Positions 49,086 through 56,687 of a DNA stretch of 64,000 bases are shown here, piece after piece. The notes below the pieces were generated by a model. That model saw nothing but the letters and a program-made list of their open reading frames with translations. It made no database searches and was not told the DNA's origin. This DNA is from a virus, in IMG/VR virus record IMGVR_UViG_3300024256_000001, positions 1 to 64,000 of that record; one strand, written 5' to 3'. Position 1 is the stretch's first letter, and each line of letters starts with the position of its first letter. Made by a program: the position numbers and the translations under genes.

Positions 49086-49291
49086 GCAAGCCTCAGCGGC
49101 AGCTGGTGAGCGCCTGCGATGCTGTAGGCCCGGCCCTGTGGCGGCTGGCCACAGCTGCGCGAGCTGCCCAGACACCGAAGGACAAGCACCTACAGCGAGA
49201 GCTGGCGTGGTTACAGGTCACGCTCACCAAGATCAGCGCGGCTATGACCGCGTGGGAGGCCAGCGATGGCGCGACGACGCAAGACGACTGA
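49082..49291 (+). CDS. hypothetical protein
   Basis: 69 aa, GTGA overlap upstream. Confidence 0.4.
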   Translation: MSKPQRQLVSACDAVGPALWRLATAARAAQTPKDKHLQRELAWLQVTLTKISAAMTAWEASDGATTQDD

Positions 49292-49814
49292 ACACACGCG
49301 AGATCCACGAGACTACTACTGCACGCCCAGCTGGTGCGTTCGCAGGCTCTACGAGGCGCTGCCCGCGCTCCCGCGCCCCACGCTGGACCCGTGCGCGGGG
49401 ACGGGCGCGCTGTTGGTGGCCGGGCGCGGGATGCGCGGGGTGGAGCTGGACGCGGAGCTGGTGCAGGCTGGGGGCGACCCCAGGTTGACCCAGGGGGACG
49501 GGCTGGCCCTGGGCTGGCGCGGCGAGCACATCCTGATCAACCCACCATACAACGACGCCCAGGCGTGGCTTGAGAAAGGGTTGGCCGAGGCCAACAGCGT
49601 CACAGCACTACTGCGGCTGAGCATGCTGGGCGCGCAGAAGCGACACGCCTTCTGGGCTGCCCACCCGCCCCGCGCCATCGTCGTACTGAGCAAGCGCCCC
49701 AGCTTCACCAACGGGGGGACCGACAACAGCGAGTACGGGTGGTTCTTCTGGACCAAGGACCCCCGCCTTGCTGCGGCGCACGGGCTGGCAACGCTGGCCT
49801 GGATCACCGAGTAG
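49266..49814 (+). CDS. small DNA N6-adenine methyltransferase
   Basis: 182 aa. AdoMet motif LDPCAGTGALL and catalytic ILINPPYND. Confidence 0.7.
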   Translation: MARRRKTTEHTRDPRDYYCTPSWCVRRLYEALPALPRPTLDPCAGTGALLVAGRGMRGVELDAELVQAGGDPRLTQGDGLALGWRGEHILINPPYNDAQAWLEKGLAEANSVTALLRLSMLGAQKRHAFWAAHPPRAIVVLSKRPSFTNGGTDNSEYGWFFWTKDPRLAAAHGLATLAWITE

Positions 49815-49876
49815 CAGCACCCAACACCCCGCCCGCACCCGCTAAGTAAGCGGGTTGGCGACTATCTGCGCGTCCA

Positions 49877-49967
49877 CTTGATCACTTTTCCTATTGTATA
49901 AGCGCCCGGGTGCCGTCATAGTCGTTCTCAGGTTGGCGATAACCGCCAGCCGCAAAGGAGCAAGACG
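49877..49967 (+). promoter_or_regulatory. promoter-leader cassette P2
   Basis: CTTGATCACTTTTCC box, then TTGTAT (49894-49899), 17-nt spacer, CATAGT (49917-49922), CGTTCTCA, a leader hairpin and AAAGGAGCAAGACG before the ATG. Confidence 0.55.
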
Positions 49968-50476
49968 ATGGCCACCCAGATTGACCTGTTCGCCGCACCG
50001 GCCCCTACCTCCACTGAGCGCCTTCGCGCGCTGGCCTACTCCAGCCCCGGCGCGATGGCCGCTTTGTGGCCGCTGCAAAGCTGGACGTGCTGGAGGCACT
50101 GACCGACGATCTCAGCCCCCCCACCGTCTACGCGGCGGCGCTCGCTGCGGTCAACCCGTGCCTCGGCTGGGACTCCAAGGCCAGCGAGACGCCCGAGTCC
50201 GTGAGGACCCGCGCTGCGCGCCTTCAGGACCAAGACCCGGCCCGCGAATGGTCGCAGGACGGGTATCCGGCCGTCCGGCTGGGTGACCCGATGGGCTGGA
50301 CGACCAGCGGCACCTGCCTGCTCACGGTGTTTTCCGAGGGGGCGCACCAGCCTTACTCGGCCTACGACGACCGAGGGCACAGTGATTTGGTGGATCTCGT
50401 CTACGAGTCGATCACCGGCGCGCGCGTGCTCACGGAGCTGATCGACGGCGCGGTCGCTGGCGTCTGGGTCCAGTAG
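49968..50476 (+). pseudogene. cassette-1 gene split over two reading frames
   Basis: The ATG at 49968, placed exactly as in the other cassettes, opens a 44-codon frame that stops at 50100-50102. The long frame (track ORF 50066-50476) is at -1 and is open from 50018. Confidence 0.4.
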
Positions 50477-50478
50477 CA

Positions 50479-50533
50479 CCTGCGTGCCCGCCTGCCCACC
50501 AGCTCCCCTGGTGCTGGCAGGAGGGGACGCAGG
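50479..50533 (+). terminator. long imperfect stem-loop, copy 1 (terminator or RNA processing site)
   Basis: CCTGCGTGCCCGCCTGCC-CACCAG-ctccc-CTGGTG-..GGCAGGAGGGGACGCAGG gives about 22 bp with two mismatches and a bulge. Starts 3 nt after the stop codon. No U-tract. Confidence 0.45.
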
Positions 50534-50535
50534 AG

Positions 50536-50629
50536 CTTGATCGCTTTTCCTGTTGCATAAGCGCCTAGGTGCCCTTTATAGTCCCTCTCAGGTTGGCGAT
50601 AACCGCCAACGCAGACAAGGAGCAAGACG
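50536..50629 (+). promoter_or_regulatory. promoter-leader cassette P3
   Basis: CTTGATCGCTTTTCC box, then TTGCAT (50553-50558), 18-nt spacer, TATAGT (50577-50582), CCCTCTCA, the hairpin GTTGGCG-ataac-CGCCAAC and AAGGAGCAAGACG before the ATG. Confidence 0.55.
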
Positions 50630-51520
50630 ATGATCGCGACCTACTACCGACCCGAAGCCCACCACCACGGCGAGCGGCATACCTGCCCCGTATGTCTGCG
50701 CGCCATCAAGACCACTAAGCGGGGGGCCATCAGCCGCCACGGCTGGTCTGAGAGCGGGCGTGTTGGCGGGAGCTTCGGCAACGGTTACCAGTGGGGCAGC
50801 TGCAACGGGTCGGGTTCGACGCCCATTGAGGTCAGCGATTGGCATGCGCTTCACCACCGCACGGGCATCATGGGCGCTGCCTCCCGCGCCAACGACGCCG
50901 CCAAGGTCTACGCGGCCCACGGGCCGGACACGCTGACCTGCGGCGTTCACGTCAGCATCCCGCTCGGACCCCGCCCGCGCCACGATGCCGATGTTGAGGC
51001 GGCGACGGCCGATTTGATGAGCCGCGATGCCGTCAAGGCAGCGTGCGCAGCTGGTGTCGCCTTCAAGGTGGCGTTGATGCAAGAGCGCAGCTATTGGCGC
51101 TGGGTCGTAACTGCGACCGTGCCGCGCGGCTACGTCTCGCCCAGCCCCTACGGCCTGCGCGTCCGCAGCTACGCCGAAGAGGCCACCAGCCGCGCCGCTG
51201 ATCTGCGCGACCAGTCGGCCGCGCTCTACCGGCAGGCTGACGCGATCCTGGCCGCCATCACCAAGGTGTCTGGCCTGACCGACCTTGACGGCCTGCGCTG
51301 GTGCTACGACACGCAGGGTGCAGAGGACGCGGGGCAGCTGGCCGGACGCATGCCGGGCGGTCTGGACCTGCTGGGTGCCAACTGGTTGCAGCCCTGGGCG
51401 CGTAACGTCTGGGACGCCGAGGCCAAGCGCGTGGCCGCCGGCCTCCCAGGCCGTCTCAAGCGCGCCCTTGTCGGTGGTAGCTTCATGGAGTCGGTGCTGC
51501 AAGAGCTGGACGCGCAGTAG
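50630..51520 (+). CDS. hypothetical protein with N-terminal zinc-ribbon motif
   Basis: 296 aa. ATG positioned after the conserved leader AAGGAGCAAGACG. Contains CPVC...ISRH...CNGSG. Confidence 0.6.
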   Translation: MIATYYRPEAHHHGERHTCPVCLRAIKTTKRGAISRHGWSESGRVGGSFGNGYQWGSCNGSGSTPIEVSDWHALHHRTGIMGAASRANDAAKVYAAHGPDTLTCGVHVSIPLGPRPRHDADVEAATADLMSRDAVKAACAAGVAFKVALMQERSYWRWVVTATVPRGYVSPSPYGLRVRSYAEEATSRAADLRDQSAALYRQADAILAAITKVSGLTDLDGLRWCYDTQGAEDAGQLAGRMPGGLDLLGANWLQPWARNVWDAEAKRVAAGLPGRLKRALVGGSFMESVLQELDAQ

Positions 51521-51522
51521 CA

Positions 51523-51576
51523 CCTGCGTGCCCGCCTGCCCACCAGCTCCCCTGGTGAGGCAGGAGGGGACGCAGG
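51523..51576 (+). terminator. long imperfect stem-loop, copy 2
   Basis: Near-identical to copy 1. Followed by GAGCCCACCAACGCAAGGAGC and GTG 51604. Confidence 0.45.
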
Positions 51577-51603
51577 AGCCCACCAACGCAAGGAGCTGAG
51601 CTA

Positions 51604-52023
51604 GTGGCCATCACTGAATTCAAGATCGCAGCCGCCATCGCGGAGCTGGACACGGTGCAGCGGGGCGCGCGAGCCCGCTTGCTTGAGCCCTCCGATGTAG
51701 AGCTGGCTGTGGACCTGTACCGCGCCGCTACTGCCCACGCGCGGCGACTGGCCGTCCCTGGGACCGGGCGCGGCGTGGTGGACGGTGGGGCCGTCGCCAA
51801 GTCCTACGGCGCGCAGGCGAGCACGACCCGCATCACAGTCTGCAACGACGGCATCACGGTAGAGCGCGCCAAGGCTCGCATCGTGCGCGGCGGGGACCGG
51901 GGGCAGGCGCGCGCGAGCATCGAGCAACCCATCCACCCCAGGTACGACTACAAGAGAGTGCCCGTGCGCGAGCTGGGCCTGCCCGCCAACGCGCGAGCCT
52001 ACGCGGGCCGTGTGTCGTGGTGA
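51604..52023 (+). CDS. hypothetical protein
   Basis: 139 aa, GTG start after AAGGAGCTGAGCTA. Confidence 0.5.
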   Translation: MAITEFKIAAAIAELDTVQRGARARLLEPSDVELAVDLYRAATAHARRLAVPGTGRGVVDGGAVAKSYGAQASTTRITVCNDGITVERAKARIVRGGDRGQARASIEQPIHPRYDYKRVPVRELGLPANARAYAGRVSW

Positions 52024-52205
52024 GCAACTACAGGGGGCTCAGGCAGAAGACGTTGTGCCCGGTCTGCGGGCACGCTGTCTCGCTTCATATTGGGGGGCGC
52101 ATCTACCACCACACGGTCGTAGTCGGCCGCAAGTGCGCCGGATCTGGCCGCACGCAGGCGGAAGCGCGGGCCTTTGTCGAGTACCGGAACCGGGGGGCCG
52201 AGTGA
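52017..52205 (+). CDS. small zinc-ribbon protein
   Basis: 62 aa. CPVC...GGRIYHH...CAGSG, a paralogous motif to the 50630 gene. Confidence 0.5.
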   Translation: MVSNYRGLRQKTLCPVCGHAVSLHIGGRIYHHTVVVGRKCAGSGRTQAEARAFVEYRNRGAE

Positions 52206-52417
52206 TCACCTTCCCGCCCCCCAGCGCCCACGCCACAAGCTGCGCGGAGCTGGCGGCAACGCGCTACTGCGACGAGGCGCGCGCCCAGCTCCCCGACGGC
52301 ACGACCGTGCGCCCGTCCCTCCAGCTGGCGCAGGCCGTAACCTTGTCACCCCACCTGGGCGCTGTAGCTGTGACCGACCCGATAGGCTGGGTCGTGGTGC
52401 CCAGCTGGGCTAATTAG
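52202..52417 (+). CDS. hypothetical protein (TFPxPS family)
   Basis: 71 aa from GTG 52202 (GTGA overlap). VITFPPPS...AQLPDGTTVRP parallels the 53320 gene. Confidence 0.45.
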   Translation: MITFPPPSAHATSCAELAATRYCDEARAQLPDGTTVRPSLQLAQAVTLSPHLGAVAVTDPIGWVVVPSWAN

Positions 52418-52419
52418 GG

Positions 52420-52509
52420 CTTGATCACTTTTCCTGTTGCATAGGGCGCGGGATGCCGTCATAGTCCTTCTCAGGTTGGCAACGTCGCCAGCCGCAAAGG
52501 AGCAAGACA
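52420..52509 (+). promoter_or_regulatory. promoter-leader cassette P4
   Basis: CTTGATCACTTTTCC box, then TTGCAT (52437-52442), 17-nt spacer, CATAGT (52460-52465), CCTTCTCA, a leader hairpin and AAAGGAGCAAGACA before the ATG. Confidence 0.55.
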
Positions 52510-52833
52510 ATGGGCCAGCTTACCATCGACTTCTACCAGCCGACCCCCAACCCTGGCTGCGCGGTCACTCGCACGCAGCTCGCGGCGATGGGGATCACCC
52601 GTGACAAGGACGCGCGCGCCGCGCGCCGCATCGGGCTCACCGACCTGACGGGCGGGGCGTTCAAGCCCTGCGCCTGTGAGAAGTGCAGCCACGATGCGCG
52701 CATGGTCGGGGGCACCGACCCCCGCAGCACCGCCACCTGGGGCTACAACATCGGGCAGAGCTACATGAAGGTCTGCACCAGCTGCGCGGCTAAGGGCGTG
52801 CGCGCCGCTGCGCTCTACGGCTACAGCGCCTAA
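52510..52833 (+). CDS. hypothetical Cys-rich protein
   Basis: 107 aa. ATG after the conserved leader. Contains CACEKC and CTSC pairs. Confidence 0.55.
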   Translation: MGQLTIDFYQPTPNPGCAVTRTQLAAMGITRDKDARAARRIGLTDLTGGAFKPCACEKCSHDARMVGGTDPRSTATWGYNIGQSYMKVCTSCAAKGVRAAALYGYSA

Positions 52834-52836
52834 GCG

Positions 52837-52878
52837 CCTGCGTGCCCGCCTGCCCACCAGCTCCCCTGGTGAGGCAGG
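52837..52878 (+). terminator. stem-loop, copy 3 (outer stem lost)
   Basis: Has the same 5' arm and inner hairpin, but the 3' arm diverges after GGCAGG. Confidence 0.35.
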
Positions 52879-52994
52879 GTCCCAGCTTGAGCAGTTGGAA
52901 GCCAAGCTGGCATCCTGAGCAGGCGGGGGTGGACCGAGAATCGTATTCGGGAGGCCTTGGGCATTAAGCCCTCGCCGAAGAAGGAGGCGTCGGA

Positions 52995-53240
52995 GTGAGC
53001 AAGCCCGTAGAGCTGCGAGAGAAGCTGGCCGAGCAAGAGCACGCCCAGTGGGCGCACTGGACCAAGTACATGCTTGAGCAGCTTGGCCTCTGGAAAGGTG
53101 ACCCCGGTCAGCGTAGTGACCTTGCCAGGTGGCGTAGGCAGTGCAACACCAGCTACGCCGACCTCACCGAGATGGAGAAGGACAGCGACCGGATGTGGGC
53201 CGACAAGACCCTCGAAGTTTTGAGGGAGCACATGCAATGA
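52995..53240 (+). CDS. small helical protein (RyR-domain-like pattern)
   Basis: 81 aa from a GTG start after GAAGGAGG. LAEQEHAQWAHW...YADLTEMEKDSDRMWA resembles RyR-like repeats. G+C looks lower here. Confidence 0.45.
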   Translation: MSKPVELREKLAEQEHAQWAHWTKYMLEQLGLWKGDPGQRSDLARWRRQCNTSYADLTEMEKDSDRMWADKTLEVLREHMQ

Positions 53241-53319
53241 GCGAACGGAAGGCTGCAGGAACCCGGAATGCGACGATCCGACGCAGGAGCCCACCCACGC
53301 AACGCAAGGAGCGCAGACC

Positions 53320-53679
53320 ATGTTGACCTTTCCCGCGCCGTCCAAGGACGTGCAAGCCCTCGTCGCCGGGGGGGCGCTGGCCCAGGCCCAGATCGTGTAT
53401 CTGGCCGAGACATACGCCCAGCTCCCCGACGGGCGCACCATCGGCCCCACGACTGAAGGCGCGCGCGCCCAGGTCGAGCTGCTGACGGTGGGCTGCCCCG
53501 CGCTGCCGATGGCCGTCGAACACGGCCAGTACGTCGTGATCACGGTGGACGACGACGAGCTGTGTTGCATGGCCGCCGTCGAAGCTGAGCGCGCGGCCGT
53601 GGTGGCTTGGCTGCGCGAGCACAAGCCCGACCTTGCGTTTGAATTTGCAGACGCCATCGAGCGCGGCGATCACGTCTAG
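53320..53679 (+). CDS. hypothetical protein (TFPxPS family)
   Basis: 119 aa, MLTFPAPS...AQLPDGRTIGP. Last gene of the rightward block. Confidence 0.5.
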   Translation: MLTFPAPSKDVQALVAGGALAQAQIVYLAETYAQLPDGRTIGPTTEGARAQVELLTVGCPALPMAVEHGQYVVITVDDDELCCMAAVEAERAAVVAWLREHKPDLAFEFADAIERGDHV

Positions 53680-54011
53680 CGCACCAGCGCCACCACCAGC
53701 GCCCCCGCCAGCGCACCCACCGCGCCCGCGCTCAGATAGCCCACCCAGGGCGTAGGCTGGTCGGGGGGTGGCTCGGCAAGCGGGCGACCCCGACAGGCCC
53801 CCAGCGCCGCCTCACAGGCCCCCAGCGCCGCCTTGACCTCCACCAGCTGCAACACCAGCCGCCGCTCGCAGTCCGGCAGGTCTACGCGCATGCACGTCAG
53901 CGCCTCGCGGGTCTTGTCTGGTGGCCACAACACGCCGTCAAATGGTGCCGCCTGCCCCTGGGGCAGCGGCACGGCCTGCGCCAGCGCGACCAGTAGCGCC
54001 AGCGCGCTCAC
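53676..54011 (-). CDS. lysis-cassette protein with N-terminal signal and C-terminal TM segment
   Basis: 111 aa. MSALALLVALAQA at the N-terminus, VGYLSAGAVGALAGALVVALV at the C-terminus, and four Cys. GTGA overlap upstream. Confidence 0.4.
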   Translation of the reverse strand: MSALALLVALAQAVPLPQGQAAPFDGVLWPPDKTREALTCMRVDLPDCERRLVLQLVEVKAALGACEAALGACRGRPLAEPPPDQPTPWVGYLSAGAVGALAGALVVALVR

Positions 54012-54268
54012 GAGTCGTTAACCATCGCGGCGAGCCCAGCAAGGTCGGCCCGGTCGATCTGCTCTTTGTGTTCTGCCAGCTTGGCGCGCACGCGCTCGCT
54101 GTGATCGTGGGCTACGCGGAGCTGGTCAGCTGCGATGCGCAGCGCGTCCCGCTCGGTGCGCAGCTGCTCGGCCAGCAGCTCCACGCCACGACGGCCCCGG
54201 CGCTCCCCTGCACCCCACAGGACGGCCGCCACTAGCGCCGCCGCCAGCCCGGTCAGCGCCCAGATCAA
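54008..54268 (-). CDS. TM + coiled-coil protein (spanin-like) 3
   Basis: 86 aa from TTG 54268 (TTGA overlap). LIWALTGLAAALVAAVLWG followed by a coiled coil. The track N-terminal extension was rejected. Confidence 0.4.
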   Translation of the reverse strand: MIWALTGLAAALVAAVLWGAGERRGRRGVELLAEQLRTERDALRIAADQLRVAHDHSERVRAKLAEHKEQIDRADLAGLAAMVNDS

Positions 54269-54504
54269 GGCCGGGCCGCCTCTGCAACCTTTGCCGCCAG
54301 CTGCTCCACCCGCACCGCGCGCCGTGTGTATCGCTCGGCTCGCTTGCGCTCGGCCTGGACCGTTGGCGACTGCTCGGGATCTACGGGTGCCGTGGTGGGG
54401 ACGGGCAGCGGGTCTACAACCTGGGCCGCGTGTGCCTCTGACTGCGCCTGCGCAGATCCCACACCCCCAGCCAACAAGATCAACACGATCACAAAATCCA
54501 GCAT
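54265..54504 (-). CDS. TM + coiled-coil protein (spanin-like) 2
   Basis: 79 aa. MLDFVIVLILLAGGVGSAQA followed by a P-rich stretch and a helical region. TAATG coupling upstream. Confidence 0.45.
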   Translation of the reverse strand: MLDFVIVLILLAGGVGSAQAQSEAHAAQVVDPLPVPTTAPVDPEQSPTVQAERKRAERYTRRAVRVEQLAAKVAEAARP

Positions 54505-54878
54505 TACCGCCGCCTCCTACGCGCAGCCTCAAGCCTATCGACACGCAGGGTCAGGTCAAGCAACCTGTTGATCGATGATTGGATCGCGTCGAGCTGCTTA
54601 TCCAGCTCGGCCTCGGCCTGACTGGACGCACCAGCCGCGCGCTCACGCGCCAGCCGCCACGCGCGCAATTCGTTGGCCTCTGACCGCAGATCGATCACCT
54701 GCCGCTCTAGGACAGCGGATCGCGCCTCTAGGCGCTCAGCATGTGACCGCGCCACAAGCGCAACCTCAAGAGCCCGGTCGGCCACACTGGACACGGTGGC
54801 AGCGTAGACCGCCACCGCGATGATTCCCCCGATCACCGAGATAGCAGACCCCTTGCCGACGACGATCTCATCACTCAC
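54504..54878 (-). CDS. TM + coiled-coil protein (spanin-like) 1
   Basis: 124 aa from GTG 54878 (GTGA overlap with the holin stop). SAISVIGGIIAVAVYAATV followed by a long coiled coil. Confidence 0.45.
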   Translation of the reverse strand: MSDEIVVGKGSAISVIGGIIAVAVYAATVSSVADRALEVALVARSHAERLEARSAVLERQVIDLRSEANELRAWRLARERAAGASSQAEAELDKQLDAIQSSINRLLDLTLRVDRLEAARRRRR

Positions 54879-55123
54879 CCTGCCAAACTCTCCCCAGGCC
54901 GCCCCACTGCTGCGCCGCGTGCGCGAGTGTGCCGCCGCCCCCAATATACACCTGCACATGCCCCAAACAGGGTCAAGGCGCTGGACTGGCCGCTGGCCGT
55001 GTCCAGGCCCGCCAGCTCCGCGAGCACCATACCCGCGCACAACAGCCAGCTGAGCGCGGTCAGGGTCCACATGCCGTCAGGCTTCCCGGCGCTGTTCTTG
55101 AGGAACGGGAACGGGATGGTCAT
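54875..55123 (-). CDS. holin-like two-TM protein
   Basis: 82 aa from ATG 55123 (ATGA overlap with the endolysin stop). Two hydrophobic helices and a basic C-terminus. Confidence 0.5.
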   Translation of the reverse strand: MTIPFPFLKNSAGKPDGMWTLTALSWLLCAGMVLAELAGLDTASGQSSALTLFGACAGVYWGRRHTRARGAAVGRPGESLAG

Positions 55124-55833
55124 AGGTCCCCCGCGACGGGTCGGTAGGCGTGTGCGATCTCGGCGCTCTGCCGCAGACCGCTGACCGGGCACCGCATGTT
55201 AGGCCGGACACCCCAGCCGCCAGCTCCGCGCGACCAGGGCCTCGTGCGCTTGATCACGCCCTCGCCCACGGTGCCGTCACCCAGGACCCCGCGTGCGTTG
55301 CCCTCAATGGTGTGTACCAGCTTGGCGTCCAAGTCCACCCGGTCCACAATGCAAATGTGCTCGCCTTGCCGCTTGCGCCCGGCGCTCACCACCACCACGT
55401 CACCCGGCCGCAGGTCGTCAGGCACGCTGACGTAGCGGTCTGACCCCTGCCCCCAATCATAGAGCCGCACGGTGCTCGCCCAGCTCTTATTGCGGATCTG
55501 GGGCCGCAGGCCCGCCGCCCCCCAGCAGAACGCGGCGAAAGCCCCGCACCACTGGAACATGCCGTCGCGCGTGTAGGGCGTGTCAGGCGTCCAGTTGATC
55601 GCGTCAGCCGTGCCCCAGCCCAAGCCTTGCGGGCCTCGGATGTAGTCGTCAATGCGCCCGCTGGGCTCGCGCACGTTGCGCGCCCACTCGTCACGCGCCG
55701 CCGCCAGCACCAGCTCACCTGGGGCCGCCTTGCGCCGCTTGCCTTTGGGCTTCGCGGCTGGCGGGTCGAAATCGGGCGCGCACACGTCCAGCTCGGCCAT
55801 GAGCCAGTCCCGCATGATGTGTCGCAGGTTCAC
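55120..55833 (-). CDS. endolysin, CHAP / NlpC-P60-type cysteine peptidase
   Basis: 237 aa from GTG 55833 (GGAGG 7 nt upstream, GTGA overlap). Catalytic Cys in FQWCGAFAAFCW, then GDVVVV...GEHICIV...HTIEGN. Confidence 0.7.
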   Translation of the reverse strand: MNLRHIMRDWLMAELDVCAPDFDPPAAKPKGKRRKAAPGELVLAAARDEWARNVREPSGRIDDYIRGPQGLGWGTADAINWTPDTPYTRDGMFQWCGAFAAFCWGAAGLRPQIRNKSWASTVRLYDWGQGSDRYVSVPDDLRPGDVVVVSAGRKRQGEHICIVDRVDLDAKLVHTIEGNARGVLGDGTVGEGVIKRTRPWSRGAGGWGVRPNMRCPVSGLRQSAEIAHAYRPVAGDL

Positions 55834-56687
55834 GGCAAACCTCCAAAGCCAAGGATGGGCAGGATAGCGGGGGGGCCACCACCTGCGATTGGTCGGCCAT
55901 AGTCGGCCAGATCCTTGAGTGTACCCATGCCCAGGGCCGTGGCGCACCATTGACGCCCGACCAGCTGGACCTGCACGCCCGCAGCACACAGCCCGTCGAT
56001 CACCGACTGGATCAGCCCCCCCAGGCCATCGCCGGGCAGATAGAGCGGGCCGTCCAGGGTCGCCTGGACCGTGGCGTCTTGCACCAGCGCGCCGCCGATG
56101 GGCTGGCCAGCTGGGCGAGCCGCTACCGCCTCGGGTAGCAGGTAGGTGGGGGGCACGCCGAACAGCTCCGCGTCGAGGTAGACGGTGAGCCGCGCCCCCT
56201 CTTCACGCAGCCAGAACGGGATCACCTTGACCAGCACCCCCGACTCGTTGGCCGCCCAGCTGGCCGCGCGCCAGTAGGTCGTTGCCGTGGTCGCCAGTAG
56301 AAGGTCAGCCCCGCTGACGCCCGTACTCCAGAAGATGCCGTGTCCCTCTACCTCAACCAGCCGGTGCGTGTGTGCGCAATTCCACGCCACGCCCGCAGGG
56401 GTGCCGCCGACCAGCCGGTCGGGCTGCGCCAGCTGTAGATCTGACGTAGTGGTCAACACCGATTCCCACGGGGCCAGCATGGCGCGCAAGACAGAGAACA
56501 CCGTACCCAGCCGGTCACGCGGCCCCAGGGCCGCCGCCGCCAGCGCGTCCCGCCAGTAGACGCCAGCGATGCGGGGGATGCGGGGGATGCCGTATAGGTC
56601 GCCCAGCCGGTCTAGGGCGAAGCCGGAAGCCTTGGCGATCAGGGTGTCCCGGTGCGCCTGCTCAGCTTGAGAAATAGGCTGGAGCAT
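55830..56687 (-). CDS. tail/baseplate-associated protein
   Basis: 285 aa from ATG 56687. The N-terminal ...LIAKASGFALDRLGDLYGIPRIP pattern is seen in baseplate wedge and tail proteins. Confidence 0.4.
   Translation of the reverse strand: MLQPISQAEQAHRDTLIAKASGFALDRLGDLYGIPRIPRIAGVYWRDALAAAALGPRDRLGTVFSVLRAMLAPWESVLTTTSDLQLAQPDRLVGGTPAGVAWNCAHTHRLVEVEGHGIFWSTGVSGADLLLATTATTYWRAASWAANESGVLVKVIPFWLREEGARLTVYLDAELFGVPPTYLLPEAVAARPAGQPIGGALVQDATVQATLDGPLYLPGDGLGGLIQSVIDGLCAAGVQVQLVGRQWCATALGMGTLKDLADYGRPIAGGGPPAILPILGFGGLP

Noticed and set aside
50018-50102. Programmed -1 ribosomal frameshift in the cassette-1 gene
   Set aside because: I could not find an X-XXY-YYZ slippery heptamer or a downstream pseudoknot in the overlap window. 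A mutation or sequencing error is more parsimonious.
53237-53326. 29-codon ORF MSERKAAGTRNATIRRRSPPTQRKERRPC
   Set aside because: It is made almost entirely of the conserved leader element GACGCAGGAGCCCAC..AAGGAGC that precedes three other genes. It is more likely to be untranslated leader sequence.
54008-55989. Extended N-termini given by the ORF track for the lysis genes (54008-54544, 54504-55070, 54875-55192, 55120-55989)
   Set aside because: The extensions are R/G-rich and overlap the upstream genes extensively. Internal starts that overlap the preceding stop codon by 1-4 nt, and that have an RBS, give compact TM-first proteins.
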